A stretch of 63,548 bases of DNA, filler included, from Octopus bimaculoides (Eukaryota), in the NCBI RefSeq assembly GCF_001194135.2. It is 4 parts of 4 records of this genome, joined end to end, with 100 filler letters (N's around TTAATTAATTAA, not from the genome) between each part and the next. Parts side by side here need not be neighbours in the genome. Positions count along the whole stretch, not along the records: positions 1 to 24,456 come from NC_068995.1; 3 more parts are not named here. One strand, written 5' to 3'. The notes beneath the pieces are model-generated. The model saw only the letters and a list, made by a program, of their open reading frames with translations. It was not told the DNA's origin and ran no database searches. The position numbers and the translations under genes were made by a program. Positions 1 to 12,064 of this stretch are shown in pieces; position 1 is the stretch's first letter, and each line of letters opens with the position of its first letter.

Positions 1-318
1 CTCTTGTGCGGGTGACAATGAAATTTTTCGAGCGAGACCGTTGCCAGTGCCCCCGGACTGGCTCTTGTGCGGGTGACACATGAAAGTTTTTTGAGTGAGA
101 TCGTTGCCAGTGCCCCTGGACTGGCTCTTGTGCAGGTGACACATGAAATGCACCATTTTTGAGCGTGACTGTTACCAGTGCCGCCTGGCTGGCATCCAGA
201 TGTAGAAACTCTGCCAAATCAGATTGGAGCCTGGTGTAGCCATCTGGTTTCACCAGTCCTCAGTCAAATCATCCAACCCATGCTAGCATGGAAAGCGCAC
301 GTTAAACGATGATGATGA
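1..318 (+). mobile_element. 3' UTR/tail of an RTE-clade LINE (or RTE-tailed SINE), with ~62-bp tandem repeat units at 1-190
   Basis: CTCTTGTGC recurs at 1, 62 and 125. The terminus GCTAGCATGGAAAGCG..CGTTAAACGATGATGATG matches the tail following the RTE ORF at 8640-8672. Confidence 0.8.
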
Positions 319-341
319 TATATATATATACATATATATAC

Positions 342-495
342 GACGAGCTTCTTTCAGTTTCCGTCTACCAAATCCACTCACAAGGCTTTGGTCGGCCCAA
401 CGCTATAGTAGAAGACACTTCCCCAAGGTGCCACGCAGTGGGACTGAACCCGCAACCATGTGGTTGGTAAGCAAGTTACTTACCACACAGCCACT
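342..495 (-). mobile_element. tRNA-derived SINE (family A)
   Basis: Minus strand reads GTGGCTGTGTGGTAAG...GGTTGCGGGTTCAGTCCC (A/B-box-like head) ...CCAAAGCCTTGTGAGTGGATTTGGTAGACGGAAACTGAAAGAAG. The family recurs at 15600, 28745, 41138 and 48965. Confidence 0.8.
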
Positions 496-2194
496 CTTAC
501 GTCTATAGTTGATGATTTATTTCGTATCTGTCCTAATGAATTCTAACTTGAAGTTAATGCAACTGAGATTTTAAAAAAATTGACAACATTTTGAATGACC
601 AATGTTAATAATATTTGTACTGATATTCAATATTCAATGCAAATAAATTCATAAATATTAAATATTCAGAAATAAATGAAAATCATCTACTAGGATGGGA
701 GCAAGTTTCACAGTATGATCCCCACGAATTCCCTAATACAGACTGTGTTTATCTTGTTCTAATGTTCAATGTAAAGTAAATAAAATACCATTAAAAGATA
801 GCAATTAAATAATCATAATCTCAAAATTAAATATCAAAGAAAAAATATTAGAAGTTAAACAAGTGGAAGTTAGAAAATACAATATTAAATCTTAAGTGAA
901 AATTTAAAAAATAGAGCATTAACTGTTAAATTAACTATTAGAAAAGTATATCATATAATCTTAGTTTTATAATCTACCATTCAAAAAAATACGTGTTCTA
1001 CCTCAACAAATTCTGTCTGATACACGCAAGCATAAAAAAGTGGACATTAAAATGATGATGTCAGATGTTAAAATTGTATAATGATCAGAACAGAGTATGA
1101 ATGAGGGAGAACTACAGGTGAGAAATTGAGTATTAGTATGGGACATAGTGTTATAGGCTACTTGTCATAAGTAATGGGTAAAAAAAGTAGGTTAAGATTG
1201 AATAGGTGAGTCATCAAATAATAGCCACTAGCAGAACTAATGGTAAACCTATTGAGTTANNNNNNNNNNNNNNNNNNNNNNNNNNNNNNNNNNNNNNNNN
1301 NNNNNNNNNNNNNNNNNNNNNNNNNNNNNNNNNNNNNNNNNNNNNNNNNNNNNNNNNNNNNNNNNNNNNNNNNNNNNNNNNNNNNNNNNNNNNNNNNNNN
1401 NNNNNNNNNNNNNNNNNNNNNNNNNNNNNNNNNNNNNNNNNNNNNNNNNNNNNNNNNNNNNNNNNNNNNNNNNNNNNNNNNNNNNNNNNNNNNNNNNNNN
1501 NNNNNNNNNNNNNNNNNNNNNNNNNNNNNNNNNNNNNNNNNNNNNNNNNNNNNNNNNNNNNNNNNNNNNNNNNNNNNNNNNNNNNNNNNNNNNNNNNNNN
1601 NNNNNNNNNNNNNNNNNNNNNNNNNNNNNNNNNNNNNNNNNNNNNNNNNNNNNNNNNNNNNNNNNNNNNNNNNNNNNNNNNNNNNNNNNNNNNNNNNNNN
1701 NNNNNNNNNNNNNNNNNNNNNNNNNNNNNNNNNNNNNNNNNNNNNNNNNNNNNNNNNNNNNNNNNNNNNNNNNNNNNNNNNNNNNNNNNNNNNNNNNNNN
1801 NNNNNNNNNNNNNNNNNNNNNNNNNNNNNNNNNNNNNNNNNNNCTGCTAAAACTGTATTTCTAATTCTCCTCCTCTTTATCACTAACTTTGACTAACTTT
1901 TTTAAACACATAATAAATATTATGTTCCCCCTACCTCACATCATGGATGTTTCACTCTCCCACTTTTCTCATTCTCTCTTTCTGTCTCACTCTTCACCTT
2001 ATCCTCTTTTCCTCTCTCCCTCTTGTTCTCTCTTTTCCTTCAGCTAATCACATGAAAGCATTACAATTATGTTCTTCTACCTCAAGACCAGTACATATCT
2101 TTTAAAATTCTGGTACTTATCCTCAGTCAAACCACCCAACTCATGCCAGCATGTAAAGCGGACGTTAAACAATGATGATGATTATTATTATAAT

Positions 2195-2600
2195 GGTAGA
2201 GATTATGGACTCTGGGTGATTAAGGATAGTTTGGAAGTGGTTCTTCCATCGTTCTAGTCTGGTTTTTTCATCAGTTATTTTGATTCCATCTGCACCTTGT
2301 ACAGGTAGATCATAGTACCTTCCTTGGTCTCCACTATGCAATCTTCTCATTATTTTGTATAGTGATCTTAGATTTTTATGTTTGGCCACTCAATTGCCAG
2401 GATTGCTTTGCAATGGGTTCCACAAAGTAAAAGAAAACATGGCTGATCAAAGGAAACATGGTAGAGAACAATAACAAAAGATCTTAAAAGCAGAAGGTTA
2501 ACAATGGAACAAGCTGTCAAAGATGCTTTCAGTGTTAGAAAGTGGAACAACCTTACTGTCACCTCAAGTGCCACAAGGCACAAAGCACTAGGTTATGGAC
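2195..2600 (-). mobile_element. RTE-like LINE ORF2 fragment (between endonuclease and RT)
   Basis: ORF track shows ...KITDEKTRLERWKNHFQTILNHPES, the ERW.EHF..LLN.P motif of RTE ORF2. Confidence 0.6.
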
Positions 2601-2664
2601 CGCAGACGCACCAATGGCAATGGTCGAGCAGTAGTGGGAGACAAACAAGGATACACGCATAGAT

Positions 2665-2870
2665 CATAATCATTTGGTGTCCATTGTCCATGCTGGCATG
2701 GGTTGGATGGTTTGACTGGGACTGTAGGCTGGAGAGCTGCACCAGACTCCAGTCTGTTTCAGCTTGGTTTCTACAGTTGGATGCCCTTCCTGATGCCAGG
2801 CACTCTACTGAGTGTCATGAGTGCCTTTTGTATGACCAGCACTGGCCACAACTACAATTTTACTTGGCTT
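2665..2870 (-). mobile_element. RTE-type 3' tail, inverted copy
   Basis: Reverse complement of the tail at 200-318 and 8520-8672 (GTAGAAACC...CCAACCCATGCCAGCATGGAC). Confidence 0.7.
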
Positions 2871-3789
2871 AATGTGTCTTCTGAAGCACTGAAAATTGCC
2901 AAGGTCTCAGTCCCTTGTCATCGCCTCCATGAGACTCAGCCTTTGAATGTCTTTTTGTCTCTCCCTTTTTTCATTCTCCCACTTTTTCTTTAATCACATG
3001 AAAGTGTTATCAACACACTAAGTAACAGAATGACAAGCAGAATTATTATAAAATAAAGTCAAATATTGCAATTTTATTTATGAATAAAGATAATGAAACA
3101 ATGCTGCAATGAATTACTCCTGGAGCAATTAGTAAAATCCCAAATTAAACATTGAAAATGAAGCTTAAGTAGTAAGTATATACAAAAATTTGAAGTTATG
3201 AAAATTAAGTTGATATTTAAAACTTCAGAGATTAAAATACTATCAAGCCTAATATTTTTTTTTAAATGTAAATAGAATATGACTGATTAAAGGATTAAAC
3301 ATTTTTAAAATTTAGACTAAATAGTAATAAAATTTTGAAAATTTTCTTTGATAAAATCTAAGATTTAAAAATATAAATTTAGAATCTTATAAACTAAGGA
3401 TGATATAATTATAATTAAAAATAATAGCATAGATATATTTGAGGAAAGAAATGATTAAAACCAAAATAAAAATAAAGGAAGTAAAATATTAAAGGAATTA
3501 AGATTTAAAACCATAGATCAATAACAATAGTAAATGAAAGACTACTAAAAATTAATCAAGTTAATTAACTATTGAGAATCAATTAAGAGCTAATAAATAA
3601 TCAATGATTATGTATTAAGATTAGAGAAAGAGGCAGACATAATAAGACTGAACAAGTAAGTTTAGGAGATGAATTAATCCTGATAATAATTAAAAAAAAA
3701 CAAATTATTTGAGTTTTACCAAAAGACCCATTATATTTGTGTGGGCATCTAATTAATAATTTATTACATTTATTCAATAGACTATTTTT

Positions 3790-4340
3790 ATGCCTCTAGA
3801 TCTCCAAGGCTTTCAATGAACATCAATTTCATTCACCTCCACCACCCCTGTATGGAAATGTTGTTCTAATCATGAAGCAAGATATTTTGAAGTTCATCAT
3901 TTTCTTTCTGAAATATCATAGTAATCTGTTTATTCATGTAGTATGCTGCTTACGCAGGGTCTTGAATGAATGTGGTTATATAATTTATGTTTAAAGGAAA
4001 GGTCTGTGGCTCCTATTTAATGACAGGTTTTACTATGCATAGAAATAATTTATGAATCTTATTTTTCTAAAGGCATTGATTGCTTAATGACCATTTACTT
4101 AAAATTATAGTTACATAAGTTAGAGGAAATTTTATTTAGTTGATAGTGTTCCTCTAGTAGTTCCAGGATGAGATCCAACCCTAGCTGTGGTTTACTCTTG
4201 GTTTATTGTCTATTGGTCAGAAGAAAGGTTATTCTGTTTAACCATCTAGTATGGGGAGTTCATGCTGACATTATCATTGTATAAATTTATATTGTTCATT
4301 GCTGCTACATTATCAGCTATGTTAGGAGTGAAACAATACA
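3790..4340 (-). mobile_element. Penelope-like element remnant (RT C-terminus + GIY-YIG)
   Basis: Manual translation with stops and frameshifts gives VKLLYCFTPNIADNVAAMN (compare LKLSYSTTPNFESIIATSN at 23540-23600), IGATDLSFKHKLYNH and MIRTTFPYRGGGG. Confidence 0.6.
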
Positions 4341-4519
4341 ATAATTTGACCATGTGATGATTGAAGATTTTATGATACTTATTTGTAAGGAGGAAACCTC
4401 TATATAGGGCTCTAAAGAAAGTACCTGGTGGTCAAAGCTACCTGTATTCCAAAGAGTGGATTAAACTATGTTAGATGCCATTTACATAAATCTATTCTTT
4501 TTTACTCTATATACTATAT

Positions 4520-5200
4520 CTGTACTAATGTTGTCCAAACTGCCCTTGCCCGCACTCGATCGCACCACCGACCTCTCCTTTCCCACACCAATCCCCTAAC
4601 CGCCCCCTCTTTCCCTGCTTTTCCACCCCTCCACTCTACCCCTTCGTCAGAGGATCCTATGGGCCTTCTCCAGCTCGATCTCACCACCTGCCCCATTTTC
4701 CAAAACCCACTCTTGTTCTCCTTTAAATGCCCCAGGAACCTACGTGATCTACTGGTTCGTAGCACCTATTCCTCTTTCCCCCCCCACCTCGCCCCACCCA
4801 GATCCTTCCAGAACCCACTGCAACACCAGCCCCTTCATCACCAATACTACCTCCCTCACTGGTTCCAACCAGCACACACTTCACATCACAAATTCCTTCT
4901 TTTGCACCTCTTCTAGCCTCATAGACTGTATTAGATGCAACAGCTGTGGTAAACTGTATGTAGATCAGACGGGCCGCCGGCTAGCTGTCCAGTTCACTGA
5001 ATATATAAGGGATGCTCAGATATGTTCGAACACACCCGTCACCTCCGCTTGGCCAACCACGCCCACCTCTAACATCTCCATCGTTGGCCTCGCTCTGCAA
5101 CACGCATCCACACACTTTTGACTCTGCCTGGAACAGCGTTATATTTTTAATCTACGGACAACTATCTCCTTCAGACTAAATACAACCCCCTCATCCTAAT
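4520..5200 (+). mobile_element. Penelope-like element 3' part (GIY-YIG endonuclease), frameshifted
   Basis: FKCPRNLRDLLVRS ... FFCTSSSLIDCIRCNSCGKLYVDQTGRRLAVQFTEY: degenerate GIY-YIG motif. Confidence 0.8.
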
Positions 5201-5339
5201 CACTGTCTCTACAAGCTCCTGCAACAAAGCAACTTTATTTCATTTTTTGTTTTTTATTTCGCCATTTTATATTGTATTAACTTATTTATACCTATCAACC
5301 TTTTATCCTATAATTTATTATATTTTATTTTATTTCTAT

Positions 5340-6010
5340 ATATATACACACATACATACACACACACATACACATATACACACGCACCAAAATACACACA
5401 CGTGCACACACATGAACACATATATACCTCCCACACACATACACACACGCACATGCACATACACACACCCACATACACACACTCGCACATGAACTACACA
5501 TACCTCCCACACACAGAACACACTCATACAGACACACACACATATGCATGCGCACACATACATACACAATATATACATACACACACACACATACATACAG
5601 ATACGTACACACTCATACACAAATGTACACACTCAGCACACACCTAATACTCAAAACCCCCACACACTCACGTACACACACCCACATACACATGCAAGGA
5701 AGAGTACATATACTTCCACACACAACTCCTCATAAACACACATACACACGCAGACACATGCACGCACAAAATACACATGCACACAAATACACACATACAT
5801 ACACACACGCACATAGACACACACAAACACTCATACATACACGCACACAATTATACATACATGGACATGCACATACATGCATACAGAGTAAAGCACATTT
5901 ACTCCACACAACCCCACGCATACACACATGCTCACATTGCACACACTACCACTTAAACACCTTTCTATTGACCATTTCCTATGCACATATGAAGGGAGAC
6001 ACACAAAAGA
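5340..6010. repeat. Degenerate (CA/TACA)n compound microsatellite
   Basis: Directly visible. It produces spurious HT/CV-rich ORFs. Confidence 0.95.
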
Positions 6011-6746
6011 CACCTACTCCTACCTAAAATTCCTACTGTATATTCTTCCTACGACATTAAGCGACACAAAATTCCACTCACACACATCTCCTTCTCTTGC
6101 ACACTCCTGTCTTAGAAAGATCTATTCCTTTACCCATTCCCTTCAGGTCATGTCAAAATGTAACCACATGGGTATCATTGGCGATGTTCTTCCTCCGTCT
6201 TCCTTTCATTTGGACTTTCCTCTACTTCTGCAGAAGAGCAAGTCTTGAAGCGCTATATCCTCTTTCCATCCTTTCCTGAGTGTCTGATAATACAGTACTT
6301 GTATCATGTCCTCACGTTATTTATTTTTCTTGTTTGTTCTTCTTTGCTTGGATTCACTATATATATACATATATATATATATAGGTAAATGATAGGCTTG
6401 CCTCAATCCTTCAGGGGTAGTCTGAAGCATCCAGGCAACCAGGGGATGTTTAAATCCGGAGGCACTCCTGGGAATCACCTGCGCGGGTACCGTCTTGGTT
6501 AGAGGGCATCCAGAAGCAGTTAATTTATTGTTTAAACCTATCGCTATTATAATACCACCATATACATTAATATATCCACTAATTACTTCTCATACATCTC
6601 TCACACCATGAACTCTTAACATACTCCTCAACATTCTGAAGAGATCTGCCAAACCATTGGCCAGATTGAAACGTGCGTAAATGACTATTATATAACCACC
6701 ACAATGACTCATTACATAACCTCCACATAATAAAACAACGGCTAAC

Positions 6747-8672
6747 TACCTGGCTTTCGTTGACATGGAGAAAGCCTTTGACAGGGTCCCCCGCCCCCTT
6801 ATCAGGTGGTCAATGACGAAACTAGGGATAGATGAGTGGTTAGTGAGAGCTGTGCGAGCCATGTACAGGGACACTGTCAGTAAGGTGAGGGTTGGCAACG
6901 AGTACAGTGAAGAATTTCGAGTAGAGGTAGGGGTCCACCAAGTTTCAGTCCTCAGCCCCCTCCTATTTATCATAGTCCCCCAGGCAATAACACAGGAATT
7001 CAAGACAGGATGCCCCTGGGAGCTCCTCTATGCTGATGACCTTGCCCTAATTGCTGAGTCACTATCAGAACTAGAGGAGAAGTTTCAGGTGTGGAAGCAA
7101 GGACTAAAATAGAAGGGCCTTACAGTCAACCTAGCTAAAACCAAAGTCCTAATAGGCAAAACACAAAACACCTTCAAGTAGATGGCCCTGCTTGATCTGT
7201 AGAAAAGGCTTAGGTAGAAACTCCATAAAATGTATGCAGTGTAAGCTATGGACACATAAGAGGTGCAGCAATATCAAAGGACGGCTAACTAGCAAGATAG
7301 TTTTTGTATGTGGCAGATGCTCAGGAGCAATAAACACTAAGAATGTGCAGAAAACAACCTTTACCACACTCGAGGGTGAAAAAGTAGAAGTAGTTGATAG
7401 CTTCCGCTACCTAGGTGACCAAGTTTGTAGCCGGGGAGGGTGCATTAAAAGCATAGCTGCTTGTATAAGAATAGCCTGGGCAAAGTTTAGAGAACTCTTA
7501 CCTCTGCTGGTGACAAAGAGCCTCTCACTCAGAGTAAAAGGCAGACTGCATGACACATGTGTCATGCTACATGGCAGTGAAACATGGGCCGTGACTGCTG
7601 AGGATATGCGTAGGCTTGCAAGAAACGAAGCCAGTATGCTCCGATGGATGTGTAATGTAAGTGTGTATACTCGACAGAGTGTAAGTACCTTGAGAGAAAA
7701 GTTAGACCTAAGAAGCATCAGTTGTGGTGTGCAAGAGAGATGATTGCGCTGGTATGGACATGTGGCAAGAATAGATGAGGATAGCTGTGTGAAAAAGTGC
7801 CACACCCTAGCAGTTGAGGGAACCTGTGGAAGAGGTAGACCCAGGAAGACCTGGGATGAGGTGGTGAAGCACGACCTTCGAACTTTAGGCCTCACCGAGG
7901 CAATGACCAGTGACCGGGACCTTTGGAAATATGCAGTATGTGACAAGACCCGGCAAGCCAAGTGAGAGCATAATCTGTGATCTCTGCCAGAAGTGTAGCC
8001 AGCTCACTAATCCGTATCTTAACTCCATTGGACTCTAAAAGCCCTGCTTGCGAAGACCTGTTGAGGCAAGTGATTTTGGAATTTGAAATTTGAAATCTGA
8101 AATCGAACCCAATCCGACGACTGTTACCCATGCCAACCTCTTCTTCATTGGACACTAAACTCTACTTGCGAAGACCTGTTAGGCCAAGTGCAATCGTAAT
8201 TGAACCATACTCGATGACTGGCACCGCGCCTGTGGAGCACTAACAGCACTTTCGATCTTGTTCATTGCCAGAGCAGCTGTCTGGCTTACATTCTAGTGGC
8301 CCGCAAATAGCATCATTTGAGTGTAATCGTTACCAGTGTAGCCTTCTAGCACTTGCGCTGGTGGTACGTTTAGAAAATCATTTGAATGAGGTTGTTGCCG
8401 GTGCTGCTGGAGTGACTCTCATGCAGGTGGCACATAAAAAATGCCTTTTTGAGAGTGGCCTTTGCCAGCACCGTGTGACTGGCCCTCATCCCAGAGGCAC
8501 GTAAAAGCACCCACTACACTATCGGAGTGGTTGGCGTTAGGAAGGGCATCCAGCTGTAGAAACTCTGCCAGATCAGATTGGAGACTGGTACAGCCTTCTG
8601 GCTTGCCAGTCCTCAGTCAAATCGTCCAACTCATGCTAGCATGGAAAGTGGACATTAAACGATGATGATGAT
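6747..8672 (+). mobile_element. 5'-truncated RTE-clade LINE (RT + C-terminus + 3' UTR with (GAT)n tail), pseudogenised
   Basis: AFVDMEKAFDRVP, GVHQVSVLSPLLF, ELLYADDLALIAES, FRYLGD and LHGSETW motifs; stops and frameshifts; tail GATGATGATGATGA at ~8660. Confidence 0.92.
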
Positions 8673-8674
8673 GA

Positions 8675-8802
8675 AAGAACCCTCATGTGCAATTTTGATG
8701 AAATTCGAATCATAGATATTCCAGTTCCTTAAAGAAAATATAACAGTAAAGTCTCATTCTTCAATTGCATGTAACACAGGCAACGCCGGGTATCTCTGCT
8801 AG
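8675..8802 (+). mobile_element. Helitron 3' terminus fragment
   Basis: GGCAACGCCGGGTATCTCTG-CTAG followed by T; matches the Helitron end at 62028-62052. Confidence 0.65.
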
Positions 8803-9090
8803 TATATTATAAGATATAAATTAAGTAGGGATATAGATTTTTGTACATTTAATTATTCAAAACTACACAGGGATACAGGTCTTATAAATAACAAAAATGG
8901 ATTAGAAACAGGCATCAGTATTTGGATGCTTTAAACTTGGTTCATATTATACATTTTTCTTTATTGATTCTTCGTTGTTCTGACATATTTTCTGCATGTT
9001 GATCGAATGGGAGAAATTTAAAATTTAGATATGCAGGAACTCAGCAGCCATCTACATGTTCACTAATTCGAATATTTCTAGAATTCCAAT

Positions 9091-9845
9091 TACAAGGATG
9101 GGCTAAAAAGTTCACAGGCTGACTGTGAAGGAGCGGTGCTCGAGCTGTGAAATTTTGCATGCATTAATTTCAAACCTTCTTATTAATAACTGCTTTGTTT
9201 CTTTCCAAGTAAACTGACAGTTCAAAAGAGATTTCAAAAGTAACTAGTAACAGCTTCTCTTGAAAATGGGCAAAATTTGGATTCATAGTGTTATCAAGTA
9301 CTACAGTCTCTGCAGAAAAAGGCTATAGCTCTCTAAGACATTCATACTGACATGGTTGCTACATTTGGGAATAACACTCCAGCTTTATCAACAGTGCTAA
9401 TGTGAGCAGCTGAATTTAGGATGAGAAGGGAGAGTCTTGAAGACCACCCAAATTCTAGACATCCTACAACTGCCGCCACTGAGGAAAACATTGCTCATGT
9501 TCACCACATGATAATGGATAACAGGCAAATGACTATAAATCAAATAGCCAATGCCATTAGCATATCCCATGAGAGAGTGGAGAATATTCTGCACAATGAA
9601 CTTGGCATGACAAAGGTTTCTGTTTAGTAGGTGCCATGTCTTCAAAAGAGCACCAGGCTGATCACATCACAGGAAAATCTGACATAGTCTGAAGCAGATA
9701 CAATTGGTTTCCTTGAATGCTTCCTAACCCAGGATGAGTGCTGGGTTCATCATTTTGGGCCAAAGACAAAGAGATAATCCATGCAGTGGAAACACCCATC
9801 CTCACCTGCTCCAAAGAAGGTCAAAGGTCATTTCTACAGCGGATA
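9091..9845 (+). mobile_element. mariner (irritans-like) 5' portion, degraded
   Basis: TA-flanked start TACAAGGATGGGCTAAAAAGTTC. Transposase fragments RRESLEDHPNSRHPTTAATEENIAHVHHMIMDNRQMTINQIA... and TQDECWVHH...MQWKHPSSPAPKK. Confidence 0.85.
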
Positions 9846-10164
9846 AGGTTTTGCGTAGTATTAAGTAGTTTAGCACTTGTTAGAAGTTGTTCATTTTTAA
9901 TTATTTTTTTTATTTTTCTTAAACTCTCCTCAGTCTAGGATTACATTTTAATACGGGGTTAAATTTGCTTAATTACACTAAAGGCCTCAGTGTTCTTAGG
10001 GTTGTGGATTAAGTATATGGTAAAACATTTGTTTCTGTTTTGGCTTCACAGTTCTTAAATGATGAATATCAATTGCCTCTGCTCTTTTGATTGCATTATT
10101 AATTTGATGGCAAAGTATCAAGCTGACAGAAACATTATTAGCATGATGTATAAAATGCTTAGTG

Positions 10165-10325
10165 GCATTTCATCTACCTTTTTGTTCTGAGCTCAAATTC
10201 TGCCAAGGTCAACTTAGCCATTCATCCTTTCAGGGTTAATAAATTAAGTACCTGTCAGATACTGGGGTCAGTGTAATCAACCAGTCCTCTCCCCCAAAAC
10301 TTCTGCTCTGTGCTTATTGTAGAAA
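10165..10325 (+). mobile_element. SINE family B (CORE-like central domain)
   Basis: TTCTGAGCTCAAATTCTGCCAAGGTCAACTTAGCCATTCATCCTTTCAGGGTTAATAAATTAAGTACC; also at 18465 (-) and 45575 (+). Confidence 0.7.
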
Positions 10326-11161
10326 TGATTAATTAACCCAATCAAGTTGTGTTCCTAGTATAGTGGGAATAGTCTAAACATAATCTCTACCAGATTCCCA
10401 TTAAAGTGATAATGAACCATACAAATACCAAAAATATAGAACTGACCACATTGCAGCTTTGTAGTCAAGTGTCTTCATAATTGTTAATGGTGTCCCCATA
10501 GCTGTTGTTTACTTTTGTTTTTAGTACAAAAAAAAAATGAATTTTTTGGTGATAAAACTAGCAGGTAATGAGCCCATCACTTCTTCTGGTGAATGAGCAA
10601 GGCCTAGATTCTTTACAGTTGAAGAATTATTGATGATATTTATTCTTCAGACAAAAGTTTACCCTTACACATATAATGAGAGTGATTCAGAAAGACTGGT
10701 GAAAGGGATGAGGAAAGCAGCAATTTGGGTGAACAATTACAGTAGTTGAGAGAGAGGCCTAATATTGTTATTTTCCTGAATTTTTTCATGATTCTGTCCA
10801 TTAGTTTGCCTGCAATGCACAAATATGTAATTGAAAGATAGACCTATAATTGTTAATCCCTCTCTTTTATTTTTTTTTTTATTCTGTCTATTAGTTTGGC
10901 TGCAATCATTATTCTTCAGATTGCATATGCAACTACATTTTTTTACTTTTTTGCTCAGGAGCTCAGGTGGGGGTTAGACAAGGGGATCAGTTCTCAGAAT
11001 ATTAGTGATGATAGATAAAATCTACTTAATTCAATTTCAGGTGTTTGGATTTGATACAATGCACATAATCTTTTTAGAAGATTGTATGGGATATCGACTC
11101 TTATGTTCTTTGGGTGGCATAAAAGTAAAAAGTAAATACTGTTGAGTCCGTTGGTTTATAA

Positions 11162-12064
11162 TATCAAGTCATCCCATAAGTTCTGTCCGAATTTTGAATA
11201 AAGAAAACAAGTGATCAAATGTTATATTTAATTCAAATTTAATCACCAATGCACTTTCCCTGATTATCTATGACTTCCATCCATCTATTTACAAGCTTTT
11301 TAATCCCATCAATGTAAAACTCTTTTGGTTTCAAAGCGAGGAACTCTGAAATGTCAGTTTTGACCTCCTCCTGGCTTGCGAAAGTTATGTCCCCCAAATG
11401 CTTCTGTAAACTACGAAACAAATGGTAGTCTGAAGGAGCAAGGTTGGGAGAATAAGGTGGATGAGGAATTTTTTCCCAACCAAGCTCTTCGATCTTCTGT
11501 GATGTGATCTTTGCAGTGTGGGGTCGTGCATTGTCCAGATGAAACATCACTCCTTTTCGATTCACTAAAGTGGGTCTTTTTTTCTTCAAAGCTTCATTCA
11601 AACGCTCTTATTGCTGACAGTAGACTTGAACATTGATTGTTGCATTAGGTGGTAACAATTCAAAGTGAATTACTCCTTTGCAATCCCACCAGATAGAGAG
11701 AAGAACCTTTTTCCCATGAAGTTCCCTTCTTGGTTGTGGTTGAGCTTTTTCCCTTTTACCAAGCCACTGTTTACAACGTTTAGCATTTCGATAGAAGATC
11801 CATTTTTCATCGCCAGTCACAAGTCTATCCAAAAAGGGTGAAATGAGTTCGCGAGAATGGAGAGAAGAGCAGATGTCAAATTGGGGTTTGCGGTTGCTTT
11901 CGGACAATTCATGAGGCAGCCATTTTCCAAGTTTAGGAACCTTTCCAAGTTGTTGAAGATGATGATGAACAGTTGTATGGTTTGAACTAAGCTTTATTGC
12001 CAATTCTTCAACTGATAATGCAGGATTTTCTTCAAGTAATGCCTCAAGAAGCTTATCATCAAAC
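11162..12064 (-). mobile_element. mariner (DD34D) transposase pseudogene, 3' two-thirds plus one TIR; 5' part lost in gap
   Basis: GKWLPHEL, LVTGDEKW, FHLDNARPH and YSPNLAPSDYHLF motifs with an internal stop. Terminal CATCCCATAAGTTCTGTCCGAATTTTGAATA is shared with the copy at 39699. Confidence 0.93.

Noticed and set aside
1-190. Regular ~62-bp repeats as a CRISPR-like array
   Set aside because: Whole units repeat with no unique spacers, the context is eukaryotic, and it is part of the RTE 3' UTR.
481-1260. Very AT-rich block (also 3000-3780) as a NUMT or viral insert
   Set aside because: Manual translation in standard and invertebrate mitochondrial codes gave no recognisable motif.
1206-1896. 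Long ORFs composed of X (here and at ~12, 25.5, 29, 33, 37, 44, 47, 55.5 and 58.7 kb)
   Set aside because: They span N gaps and carry no sequence information.
5247-6027. HT-, CV-, YI-, LSIY-, poly-I/N/L ORFs (also 27-30, 37-41, 43-44 and 49 kb)
   Set aside because: They are translations of CA, TA, GATA and ATT microsatellites.
10649-10747. Possible exon after TTCTTCAG (TKVYPYTYNESDSERLVKGMRKAAIWVNNYSS*)
   Set aside because: No recognisable homology, weak pyrimidine tract and no partner exon.
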